Assembly: GCA_034667685.1 (NCBI GenBank)
Contig: JAXDQU010000076.1
Coordinates: forward strand, 1-30,779
Length of the DNA: 30,779 nt
Reading direction: 5' to 3'
From: Thermoplasmata archaeon
GTDB taxonomy: Archaea; Thermoplasmatota; SW-10-69-26; JACQPN01; JAJPHT01
Shown here: one piece after another, positions 7,360-15,335 of the stretch
Position numbering within the stretch: the first letter of the stretch is position 1
How the letters are laid out: each line of letters begins with the position of its first letter
Notes under the pieces: model-generated
What the model was told of the DNA's origin: nothing
Database searches by the model: none
The model's input: the letters and a program-made list of their open reading frames with translations, nothing else
Program-made: the position numbers and the translations under genes

Positions 7360-8218
7360 ACTTGCGGCGCCGGAGCGCGAGCACCGCCGCGACGACGCCC
7401 AGCGCGCCCAGCGCGAAGACCGCTTCGAAGCCCGGCGCGCCCTTGCTCGTCGTGCCGGTCGACTCGTTGGTGCCGCTGCTGTTGCCGCCAGTGCTCGTGT
7501 TGCCGGTGCCCGTGCCGGACGTGCCCGTGCCGGTCGAGGTGCCCGTGCCGGCGCCACTGGACTTGATGGTGCCCACGACGGTGCCGGTGTTGGCGAGCAC
7601 GAGGCTCACGTTGCCCGACGCCGGGAGGCTCACCTTCACGGTGACGGAGCCACAGCCGGGGACCGTCACGGGGAAGGTCGACATGGCGCCGCCGGTGCCA
7701 TTGCCCGTGCCGTTGCTGCCCGTGCCGGTGCCGCCGGTCGCGCCGCAGGTCATCCCAGAGCCGGTCATGTTGCCCGTGCCCGACGTCGTCCCGGTGGACG
7801 AGCCGGTGCCGCACGACGAGCCGCTCGTGCCGGAGGTGCCGCCGCTCGAGGTGCCGTTGCCGGTGCCCGCCGTGCACACGTCGAGCATGACGTCGCTCGA
7901 GCCGTTGTTCACGAACTTGAGGGTCAGGCTCGTCGCGCCGCTGGGCGCCGTGATGGTGGCGGGCGACAGGCAGCCGTTGCCCGTCGTGCCACCGGCGCCC
8001 CCGGAGGCGGTGCCGTTCGACGTGCCGTTCGACGAGGTTGCCGAGCCGCACGCGTCGGTCAGGTAGACCGTGATCGTGGTCGTGCTGTTGGAGGCGCCGC
8101 TGCCCGTCGTCGAGCCCGAGCCGGTGCTGCCGGAGCCCGAGCCATACTGCGCGTCGGCGAGCGTCGCAAAGCCCAGCGCGCCGCAAGCGAGGAGGGCAAG
8201 AAGGATCCTGGTGTTCAT
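7358..8218 (-). CDS. Gly/Ser/Thr-rich secreted surface (glyco)protein with PGF-CTERM sorting signal
   Basis: Signal peptide MNTRILLALL...ADA. C-terminus KGAPGFEAVFALGALGVVAAVLALRRRK (PGF, TM helix, basic tail) is the archaeosortase A target pattern. Many N-x-T/S sequons. Confidence 0.88.
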   Translation of the reverse strand: MNTRILLALLACGALGFATLADAQYGSGSGSTGSGSTTGSGASNSTTTITVYLTDACGSATSSNGTSNGTASGGAGGTTGNGCLSPATITAPSGATSLTLKFVNNGSSDVMLDVCTAGTGNGTSSGGTSGTSGSSCGTGSSTGTTSGTGNMTGSGMTCGATGGTGTGSNGTGNGTGGAMSTFPVTVPGCGSVTVKVSLPASGNVSLVLANTGTVVGTIKSSGAGTGTSTGTGTSGTGTGNTSTGGNSSGTNESTGTTSKGAPGFEAVFALGALGVVAAVLALRRRK

Positions 8219-8308
8219 GGAGACCGGCCCCAGCGAGCAAGCGCGCGCGGATGGCCTCTTTCGAACACGGGGGGAAATCGAGATGCGCCGCGGCAGCCAT
8301 CGCCAGGC

Positions 8309-9019
8309 GTGGGCGCGGCGGACGAGATCCTGGCGACCCTGCGCGCCGAGGCGAGCGAACGGAACGTCGCGGGCATGGCGCGCTTCGGCATCCGCGGCGC
8401 GAAGGCGTACGGCGTCCCGGTCCCCCGCCTGCGCCAGCTCGCCAGGCCCCTCGGCCGCGACCGCGCGTTGGCCCGGGCGCTCTGGCGCGACGGGAGCGTC
8501 GAGGGCAAGATCCTCGCCTCGCTGCTCGACGAGCCGGACAAGCTCACGCGGCGCGGCGCGGAACGATATCTCCGCGGCTTCGAGAATTGGGCCGAGACGG
8601 ATGCGTTCGCGATGAACCTCTTCGACCGCGCGGCGTGGGCGCACGAGGCGGCGGTGGCGTGGAGCGCGCGCGAGCCCGAGTTCGAGAAGCGGACCGCGTT
8701 CGCCCTCATGGCCGCCCTCGCCTCGCACGACAAGAAGGCGCCCGACGCCGCGTTCCTCCGCTTCCTCCCCGTGATCGAGCGCGAGGCCGGCGACGCGCGC
8801 AACTTCGTCAAGAAGGCCGTCAGCTGGGCGCTGCGCGGCATCGGCAAGCGCAACCCCGCGCTGCGCCGCGCGGCCGTGGCGAGCGCCAAACGCATCCGGA
8901 AGCGGGGCACGCCCGGCGCGCGGTGGATCGCGGCCGACGCGCTTCGCGAGCTGGCGCCGAAACGGAGCCGGGCCCACGAGAAGCGCCCAAGCCGTCCGCG
9001 CCCTCGGCGCTGCCCGTGA
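8309..9019 (+). CDS. DNA alkylation repair protein (AlkD-like HEAT-repeat family)
   Basis: GMARFGI...YGVPVPRLRQLA, WAETD, EFEKRTAF, DARNFVKKAVSWALRGIGKRN. Confidence 0.9.
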   Translation: MGAADEILATLRAEASERNVAGMARFGIRGAKAYGVPVPRLRQLARPLGRDRALARALWRDGSVEGKILASLLDEPDKLTRRGAERYLRGFENWAETDAFAMNLFDRAAWAHEAAVAWSAREPEFEKRTAFALMAALASHDKKAPDAAFLRFLPVIEREAGDARNFVKKAVSWALRGIGKRNPALRRAAVASAKRIRKRGTPGARWIAADALRELAPKRSRAHEKRPSRPRPRRCP

Positions 9020-9021
9020 GC

Positions 9022-9054
9022 CGCGCCGCGCGCACCCGCTCGCTGCGCTCGCTA
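9022..9054 (-). repeat. Short repeat anchored on a TAG stop codon (second copy at 26964-26993)
   Basis: Plus strand GCGCCGCGCGCAC(C)CGCTCGCT(G/A)CGCTCGCTA is shared by both sites. The final CTA is the stop of the minus-strand gene in both. Confidence 0.75.
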
Positions 9055-9423
9055 ACGGCGCTTCTGCTGCTTGTCGAAGCCGCGCGCGAGGTCGCTGCGC
9101 TTCTTCTGGCCACCCTTGGCGGCGACCTGCGCGACGAGGCTGCGCGTCTGGCGCGTCTGCCCCTGCTTCCGGGCGTGCGCCGTCTCGTCGGTCACGCGCA
9201 TCTCGCTGGCGACGACGAGCTTGACCTGGAACTCGCTGGGCTCCGTGCCCTCCACCGCGCCGCGGATCTCCTTGACCTCGAACCAGCGCAGCGGCCCGTA
9301 GACGGAGTCCTCGCCTTCCTCGGCCTCGACCTGGGCGCCCACCTGTGAGAGCGCGGCGCGGATCGCGTCGCTCACCGACGTCCCCGAGGTGCCCACGCAC
9401 TCGATCATCTTGTAGACGGTCAT
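9052..9423 (-). CDS. Dodecin-family flavin-binding protein with an acidic insertion and a basic C-terminal extension
   Basis: VYKMIECVGTS..SVSDAIRAAL, LRWFEVKEIRG, EFQVKL. Confidence 0.85.
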   Translation of the reverse strand: MTVYKMIECVGTSGTSVSDAIRAALSQVGAQVEAEEGEDSVYGPLRWFEVKEIRGAVEGTEPSEFQVKLVVASEMRVTDETAHARKQGQTRQTRSLVAQVAAKGGQKKRSDLARGFDKQQKRR

Positions 9424-9463
9424 CGGCGTCTGCGCGGCCCGCAGCGGGAAGCCGTTTCTCGTA

Positions 9464-9589
9464 CTATTCCGGGAAGAGCCCGAGGATCTTCATCGCGAGA
9501 AGGAGGAGCGCCACGATGGCGACGAGCGCCGCCGCCCACCAGAGCCACGGCGCGCTCGCGGTGCCCTGCACGACGTCGCTCCAGCTCAC
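9464..9589 (-). CDS. Small single-TM membrane protein, 41 aa (MSWSDVVQGTASAPWLWWAAALVAIVALLLLAMKILGLFPE)
   Basis: GTG at 9589 about 25 nt downstream of AAAACCCTATCT (minus strand), host-like codons, clear hydrophobic helix. Confidence 0.6.
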   Translation of the reverse strand: MSWSDVVQGTASAPWLWWAAALVAIVALLLLAMKILGLFPE

Positions 9590-9647
9590 GCGCGCCGATC
9601 CGGAGTCCGCGAGATAGGGTTTTGCCCCGGCCGGGGGCTTCGGGCGC

Positions 9648-11144
9648 GTGCGACTCGCCCTCCTCGTCCTTGCCCTGCTCAGCGCCGGCTGCGCCAGCCT
9701 CGCGCCCGGCGGGGCGCCCCCGTCGCAGCACGCGGCCATCGCGGGCTGGACGCTCGACTGCGGCCTGGGCGCCTTCGAGCGCGCGAACAACTCCTCGTGG
9801 CCGCAGGACTGCGTGGCGCGCGCGACCCACGCGCCGGGCCACAAGCAGGAGATCTGGCTCGCGATCAATCCGACCGACCCGGACAACGTCGTCATCGGCG
9901 CGAAGGACCTCAACCCCGCGAGCAGCAAGGACTGCGTCTGGAACGGATTGGGCGTGACCCACGATGGCGGCCGTACCTGGAAGGACGTGACGGTGGGCGG
10001 CACGTACGACTCGCGCCAGCCCGGCTCGCCGTGGTTCGGCTACGCGTGCAACACCGACCCGATGTTCGCGTTCACGAAGGACGGCGCGCTGCACTACGTC
10101 GTCGAGATGTACAACCTCGGCGGGCAGAACGGCTACGGGCCGCTTCCCCCCGCGCCCACGAACGGCCGCGGCGTCTTCCAGCCCGGCTGGGACCTCGTCC
10201 TCGCCACGAGCACGGACGGCGGGAGCACCTTCCCCGACGGCCAGGTGATCGACCTGATCCGCGGCGACGGCATCGGCGTGCTCAACGACTACTCGCGCAT
10301 GGTCGTCTCGCCCACGTCGGGCGCGATCCTCGTCGCGATCAACACGTACAACGCGTTCGGCGACCAGATCCTCCCGCAGACGATCGTGGACACGTGCAGC
10401 GTCATCGCGAGCCGCGACGGGGGCAAGAGCGCGGACCCGCCCGTCGAGATCACGAGCACGCAGGGCCCGCCCGGCGTCGGCTGCCAGGCCATCGCCGCGG
10501 CGCCGGACGGCACGATCGTCGTCCTCGCGGACCAGGGCGACAAGGTGTGGCGCAGCGAGTCGAAGGACGACGGCAAGACGTTCAGCGATCCGGCGCCGGT
10601 CTTCACCAAGGCGCCCATCGTGGGCCAGTTCTCGGAGAGCAAGTACCGCACCGGCACCAACTTCGAGTGCCGCTTCGACGTGGGCGCGAACTCCACGCGC
10701 AAGGGCGCGCTCTACTGCCTCTATGCGGACGCCTCTCGCGACGAGGCCGACGAGTGGATGCGCGCCTCCACCGACATGGGCAAGTCGTGGAGCGACCCGG
10801 TGCGCGTCAACGACGACAACGCCGGCACGCACCAGTTCATCGGCGACTTCGCCATCGCCGGCGACGGCAGCCTGCACGCCTTCTTCTTCGACAAGCGCTA
10901 CGACCCGGCCCACAAGCTCATCGACATCACGCACGCGCTCTCCACCGACGGCGGGAAGACGTGGACCAACGAGCGCGTCACCACGCGAAGCTGGGACGGC
11001 GACCTGGGCAAGCACCAGGAGGGATTCCCCTTCATCGGCGACTACATCGGCGCCGACTGCGTCGGCCTCCACTGCTGGGCCGGGTTCCCCGACGCGACGC
11101 CGGGGATCACCGTGATCGCGGCGGCGCACGTCGAACGACGCTGA
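9648..11144 (+). CDS. Lipoprotein with BNR/Asp-box repeats (sialidase-like beta-propeller)
   Basis: Lipobox LSAGC. Repeated S/T-x-D-x-G-x-T/S-W/F motifs (THDGGRTW, STDGGSTF, SKDDGKTF, STDMGKSW, STDGGKTW) and FIGDYIG. Confidence 0.88.
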   Translation: MRLALLVLALLSAGCASLAPGGAPPSQHAAIAGWTLDCGLGAFERANNSSWPQDCVARATHAPGHKQEIWLAINPTDPDNVVIGAKDLNPASSKDCVWNGLGVTHDGGRTWKDVTVGGTYDSRQPGSPWFGYACNTDPMFAFTKDGALHYVVEMYNLGGQNGYGPLPPAPTNGRGVFQPGWDLVLATSTDGGSTFPDGQVIDLIRGDGIGVLNDYSRMVVSPTSGAILVAINTYNAFGDQILPQTIVDTCSVIASRDGGKSADPPVEITSTQGPPGVGCQAIAAAPDGTIVVLADQGDKVWRSESKDDGKTFSDPAPVFTKAPIVGQFSESKYRTGTNFECRFDVGANSTRKGALYCLYADASRDEADEWMRASTDMGKSWSDPVRVNDDNAGTHQFIGDFAIAGDGSLHAFFFDKRYDPAHKLIDITHALSTDGGKTWTNERVTTRSWDGDLGKHQEGFPFIGDYIGADCVGLHCWAGFPDATPGITVIAAAHVERR

Positions 11145-11182
11145 GGGGGCAAGGGGTGCGCTCTCGTACCGCCTTCGGGTGA

Positions 11183-11259
11183 TGGCGCTCCTTTCCCAAC
11201 ACGGCGCATCCGAGCCAGCCGCGGATTCCGGGATTCGCGGTGTTGGGAAGGGAGCGTCA
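11183..11259. repeat. Long hairpin between convergent genes
   Basis: TGGCGCTCCTTTCCCAACAC (11183-11202) pairs with GTGTTGGGAAGGGAGCGTCA (11240-11259), with two G-U pairs on the plus strand. Confidence 0.75.
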
Positions 11260-11287
11260 CGCTGGCCGGCGTGGTCCGGAGCCACGC

Positions 11288-11521
11288 TCAGAAGAAGAAA
11301 TCGTCCAGCAGCTCGTCCTCGTCCGGCCCTTCCACGAGAAGCACGCGCGGCTCGCCGCGGCGCGGCGGGATGTCGCGCCAGCCGCGGGCGTCGAGCTTGA
11401 GCTGGTGCTTCATGTCCACGACGACGAGCCGGCCCGCGCGGGCGGCGCGGCGGTGGGCGTCGGTGAGCCAGCGCGTCCGGCGGACCTGGAGGCCGGGCTT
11501 CGAGATCAGGAGATAGGCCAT
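11288..11521 (-). CDS. Small hypothetical protein (77 aa, basic N-half, acidic tail DEDELLDDFFF)
   Basis: ATG at 11521 inside ORF 11288..11860, host-like codon usage. Confidence 0.7.
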   Translation of the reverse strand: MAYLLISKPGLQVRRTRWLTDAHRRAARAGRLVVVDMKHQLKLDARGWRDIPPRRGEPRVLLVEGPDEDELLDDFFF

Positions 11522-11612
11522 GAGGGTGCCAGCGTCGAACCTGGCTTCTTTCTTCTCCGGGGATCGCCGCTCGCGGGCGTCCGGAGGCAGCCACGCTGCC
11601 GTGAGGACGGGA

Positions 11613-12269
11613 TCAGCCGGGCAGCGCGACGTCCTCGGCGAGCGTCGTCGTCTTGTCGTCGCCCAGGCGCCGCCAGCGCTCCAGGAAGGCGGCGAGCGGC
11701 GCGCGCAGCGAGGGCTCGAAGCGGTCGTTGCCCACGACGCGCTGGTCGCCGAAGACGAACGTCGGCACGCGCTGGACGCCGGCCCGCGTCGCGGCGGCGT
11801 CGATCTGCGCGAGGCGGTAGGCGTAGCTCGGATGCTCAAGGTCGGCGTCCTCGACGCCACACTTGCGCAGCAGCTCCTCGACCGCGGCGCGCGGGCTGAG
11901 GTCCGTTCCCTCCTCCCAGAGCGCGCGGAACGCGGCCTCGTGATAGCGTTCGAACGCGCCCGCGTCCTCGGCGGCCAGCGCGCCCCGCAGCGCCCAGTGG
12001 CTGTTGGCGTGGAGCGGCGGGTTGCGCGGCGCGGCGCCGACCTCCGCGGCCAGCTCGCCCACCCAGCTTCCCACCGGCTGCCCGCCCTTGCCGTCGTGCC
12101 GCGGCTCGCCCGCCGGCGCGCGCTCCGGATGGATCTCCCAGGGGAGCCACACGACGCGGACGTCGTGCTCCTCCGCCAGCCGCCGGGCGCGGTGCCAGCC
12201 GACGTACGCGTAGGGGCAGGTGTAGTCGTAGAACACGTGCAGCGTCGGGCGCGGCTCCTCGTCGCTCAT
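11613..12269 (-). CDS. DsbA/FrnE-like thioredoxin-fold protein (single-Cys CPYA motif)
   Basis: VFYDYTCPYAY, WLPWEIHPE, GVQRVPTFVFG...GNDR. Confidence 0.88.
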   Translation of the reverse strand: MSDEEPRPTLHVFYDYTCPYAYVGWHRARRLAEEHDVRVVWLPWEIHPERAPAGEPRHDGKGGQPVGSWVGELAAEVGAAPRNPPLHANSHWALRGALAAEDAGAFERYHEAAFRALWEEGTDLSPRAAVEELLRKCGVEDADLEHPSYAYRLAQIDAAATRAGVQRVPTFVFGDQRVVGNDRFEPSLRAPLAAFLERWRRLGDDKTTTLAEDVALPG

Positions 12270-12324
12270 CGCGGGGCGATGACGGGCGCTCCATCATCCG
12301 TGTTTCGGCACCTCGGGGTGACCT

Positions 12325-12347
12325 TGGGCTCAGGACTCTGGACTCGG
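12325..12347. repeat. Partial (one-armed) copy of the 7-nt-unit element
   Basis: GGGCTCA-GGACTCT-GGACTCG. Confidence 0.6.
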
Positions 12348-12388
12348 TCGTGGCAAAATCCTATCCCCGCAGCCGAGGCTCCGCCCGC

Positions 12389-13174
12389 ATGCGCTTCCCC
12401 GGCACGCCCTTCCGCGACGACCTCTTCGCCGGACAGACCGCGATGGTCACCGGCGGCGCGACGGGCATGGGGCGGAGCATCGCGCACGCCTTCGCCGCGC
12501 ACGGGGCGGACGTGCACATCTGCAGCCGCAGCGAGGAGCACCTCACCGACACGGCCGCGTTCATCCAGAAGGAGACGGGGCGCAAGGTCGCGTGGCACGT
12601 GTGCGACGTGCGCGAGCCCGAGAAGGTGGACGCGATGTTCGGCGCGCTCCCGCGGCTCGACCATCTGGTGAACAGCGCGGCGGGCAACTTCGTCGTGCCC
12701 TTTGAGACGATGAGCCGCAACGCGTGGAGCACCGTGGTCAACATCGTGCTCAACGGCACGTACAACACGACGCGCGCCGCGTTCCCCCTGCTCCAGAAGC
12801 GCGGCGGCAGCGTGACGAACATGGTCGCGACCTACGCCTGGGGCGCGGCGCCGTACGTCTCGCACTCGGGCGCCGCGAAGGCTGGCGTCTTGAACCTCAC
12901 GCGCTCGCTCGCCATCGAGTGGGCGCAGTTCGGCATCCGCCTCAACGCCGTGGCGCCCGGGCCCGTGAAGTCCGAAGGCGCGACGAAGAACCTCTTCGCC
13001 GACCCCGACCTCCAGAAGAAGATCGAGGACTCCGTGCCGCTGAAGCGCTTCGGCACGCCCGAGGAGATGGCGCTCGCCGTGCTGTACCTGGCCTCGCCCG
13101 CCGCGTCGTACGTCACGGGCGACTGCCTCACGATCGACGGGGGCCAGTGGCTCTCGAACGGGCTCTTCGCGTGA
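12389..13174 (+). CDS. Short-chain dehydrogenase/reductase, 2,4-dienoyl-CoA reductase-like
   Basis: VTGGATGMG, NSAAGNF, HSGAAKAGV (no YxxxK Tyr, as in DECR/SPS19-like SDRs), LNAVAPGP, YVTGDCLTIDGGQWL. Confidence 0.9.
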   Translation: MRFPGTPFRDDLFAGQTAMVTGGATGMGRSIAHAFAAHGADVHICSRSEEHLTDTAAFIQKETGRKVAWHVCDVREPEKVDAMFGALPRLDHLVNSAAGNFVVPFETMSRNAWSTVVNIVLNGTYNTTRAAFPLLQKRGGSVTNMVATYAWGAAPYVSHSGAAKAGVLNLTRSLAIEWAQFGIRLNAVAPGPVKSEGATKNLFADPDLQKKIEDSVPLKRFGTPEEMALAVLYLASPAASYVTGDCLTIDGGQWLSNGLFA

Positions 13175-13176
13175 GA

Positions 13177-13491
13177 TCAGGCTAGCGGGTACGCGCCGCC
13201 GAGGTAGAGGCAGTAGGGCGTCACGAACTGCACGTGCGGGTCGACCCAGACCGCGCAGTGGAAGAAGCAGCGGCCGGGCATGTCGCCGGGTCCGGCGCAC
13301 GGACCCGCGGGCGTGTAGCACGAGGTCTGAACGGGCTGGTTGCACGGCGGCTCGGGGTCGGGGCTGCCGGGGTCCACCCAGCATTCGAAGGCGCCTGGCG
13401 CCACGACGCACGGCGGCTGGCCGGCGCTGGCGAGAGGCACGAAGGCGAGAAGGGTCGCGGCGATTCCGATGGCGAGGAAGCTCGATCGCAT
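13177..13491 (-). CDS. Small secreted Cys/Pro-rich protein
   Basis: Signal peptide ending ASA, 8 Cys in an 81-aa mature part, own TATA-like CCTTATCG upstream. Confidence 0.72.
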   Translation of the reverse strand: MRSSFLAIGIAATLLAFVPLASAGQPPCVVAPGAFECWVDPGSPDPEPPCNQPVQTSCYTPAGPCAGPGDMPGRCFFHCAVWVDPHVQFVTPYCLYLGGAYPLA

Positions 13492-13566
13492 GGGGTCACG
13501 TCCTGGTGGCGCGGAAGCCCAGCGGAGGACGATAAGGAGTCTGTGCCGTTGCTTTCTGGACGCGCG

Positions 13567-15018
13567 TTACCCCTTCACGCAGCCGATCGGCCGCAGCTTG
13601 ACGACCTTGCGCCCGATGCCGGCGCCGTGGCACGTGTCGACGACGTCGCTGACGTTCTTGTACGCGCCGGGCGCCTCTTCCGCGGCGACGCGGGGGCTGG
13701 CGGCCTTGACGATGATGCCGCGCTCGTCGAGCCCCTTGAGCACGTCCTGCCCCTTCCACATGGAGGCGGCCTTCGTGCGTGATAGCACGCGGCCCGCGCC
13801 GTGGCAGCAGGAGCCGAACGTCTCGGAGAGCGCGCCTTCGGTGCCGGCGAGGACGTAGCTCGCGGTGCCCATGTCGCCGGGCACGAGGACGGGCTGGCCG
13901 ACCGCGCGGTAGTCGCTCGGGACGTGCGCGTGGCCCGCGGCGAAGCTGCGCGTGGCGCCCTTGCGGTGGACGTACACCTTGCGGCGCTGGCCCTCGACGA
14001 CGTGCTCCTCCAGCTTGGCGATGTTGTGGCACACGTCGTAGACGAGGTCCATGCCCATCGTCTCGGGGTCGGAGCCGATGACCTCGCCGAACGCCTGGCG
14101 CGTCCAGTGCGTGATGAGCTGGCGGTTCGTCCACGCGAAGTTGGCCGCGGCGCACATGGCGCCCCAGTAGTCGTCGCTCTCGCGGCTCGTCACCGGCGTG
14201 GCGGCGAGCTGGCGGTCGACGAGCTGGACGTGATAGCGATCGGCGGCCTTCTCCATCCGCTCCAGGTGGTCGGTGCAGATCTGGTGCCCCGCGCCGCGCG
14301 AGCCGCAGTGGACCATGATGCACACTTGTCCGCTGCGGAGGCCGTAGGCCTCCGCGGCGAGGGGATCGAAGACCTCGTCGACGACCTGGATCTCCAGGAA
14401 GTGATTGCCCCCGCCCAGCGAGCCGACCTGCGGCGCGCCGCGCGAGATGGCCTTCTGCGAGACCTGGTCGACGTTCGCGCCGTCGAGCCGCCCCTGCTGC
14501 TCCATGTGCGCGAGGTCGCGCTCCCAGCCGTAGCCGTTGGCGATGGCCCAGCGCGCGCCCTCGGTGAAGACCTCCTTCACCTGGCCTTTTGATAGCTTGA
14601 TCCGCGCCTCCTCGCCCACACCCGAGGGGATCTTGTGGAAGAGAGAGTCCACGAGCGCGCGCAGGTGGGGCCGCACGTCCTTCTCGGTGAGGTCGGTGCG
14701 GATCAGGCGCACGCCGCAGTTGATGTCGAAGCCCACGCCGCCCGGTGATAGCACGCCCTCGTTGGCGTCGAAGGCCGCCACCCCCCCGATCGGGAAGCCG
14801 TAGCCCCAGTGGATGTCGGGCATCGCCATGCTGCGCCCCACGATGCCGGGCAGCGTCGCGACGTTGGCGACCTGCTGGAGCGCGTTGTCCTCCATCATGT
14901 GGGGAAGGAGCGCGTCGCTGGCGTACACGCGCCCCGGCACGCGCATCCCCGCGAGGTGCGAGGTCGGGATGTCCACGCGCCACGGGTCGACGCGCGTCAG
15001 TTGTCCCTGCCAGGCCAT
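13567..15018 (-). CDS. rtcB: tRNA-splicing/RNA-repair ligase RtcB
   Basis: MPDIHWGYGFPIGGV, GVGFDINCGVR, GSLGGGNHFLE, HCGSRG, HNIAK, HRKGATR, PGDMGT, HGAGR, EEAPGAYK. Confidence 0.97.
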   Translation of the reverse strand: MAWQGQLTRVDPWRVDIPTSHLAGMRVPGRVYASDALLPHMMEDNALQQVANVATLPGIVGRSMAMPDIHWGYGFPIGGVAAFDANEGVLSPGGVGFDINCGVRLIRTDLTEKDVRPHLRALVDSLFHKIPSGVGEEARIKLSKGQVKEVFTEGARWAIANGYGWERDLAHMEQQGRLDGANVDQVSQKAISRGAPQVGSLGGGNHFLEIQVVDEVFDPLAAEAYGLRSGQVCIMVHCGSRGAGHQICTDHLERMEKAADRYHVQLVDRQLAATPVTSRESDDYWGAMCAAANFAWTNRQLITHWTRQAFGEVIGSDPETMGMDLVYDVCHNIAKLEEHVVEGQRRKVYVHRKGATRSFAAGHAHVPSDYRAVGQPVLVPGDMGTASYVLAGTEGALSETFGSCCHGAGRVLSRTKAASMWKGQDVLKGLDERGIIVKAASPRVAAEEAPGAYKNVSDVVDTCHGAGIGRKVVKLRPIGCVKG

Positions 15019-15056
15019 GCGCGGCGCAGCGGAGGCTCGGTCCTAAAGGTTGCGCG

Positions 15057-15140
15057 CGTCCCGATCCGAGTCCGAGCCCGATTCCGAGCCCTGCAAGCGC
15101 AAGCAGGGCTCGGAATCGGAAGAGGAATCGGGTCGGGACG
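15057..15140. repeat. Palindromic element of 6-nt (T/C)CCGA(G/T) units
   Basis: CCGATTCCGAGCCCTGC pairs with GCAGGGCTCGGAATCGG, and outer CGTCCCGA pairs with TCGGGACG. Confidence 0.8.
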
Positions 15141-15233
15141 AAGAAGAATCAGGGCCGCCCAGCGCCCGCCCCGCGTTGGAGGGGACGCGAACTCCGCGGG
15201 GCTTGCGCTGGGCGGCGATGAATGGGAGAGAGG

Positions 15234-15321
15234 GGGCTCTGGGCTCAGGACTCTGGGCTCGGGGCTCTCCGGCTGCAAACCAACCGGGAGCCCCGAGCCC
15301 AGAGTCCTGAGCCCGGAGCCC
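15234..15321. repeat. Palindromic element of 7-nt units
   Basis: GGGCTCT-GGGCTCA-GGACTCT-GGGCTCG-GGGCTC versus GAGCCCC-GAGCCCA-GAGTCCT-GAGCCCG-GAGCCC. Confidence 0.92.
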
Positions 15322-15335
15322 AGGCGTTCGTCACG

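Noticed and set aside
11528-11546. tRNA T-arm-like GCCAGGTTCGACGCTGGC (minus strand), and a CGCCACCA end near 13504-13511
   Set aside because: No cloverleaf, D-arm or acceptor stem can be built around either.
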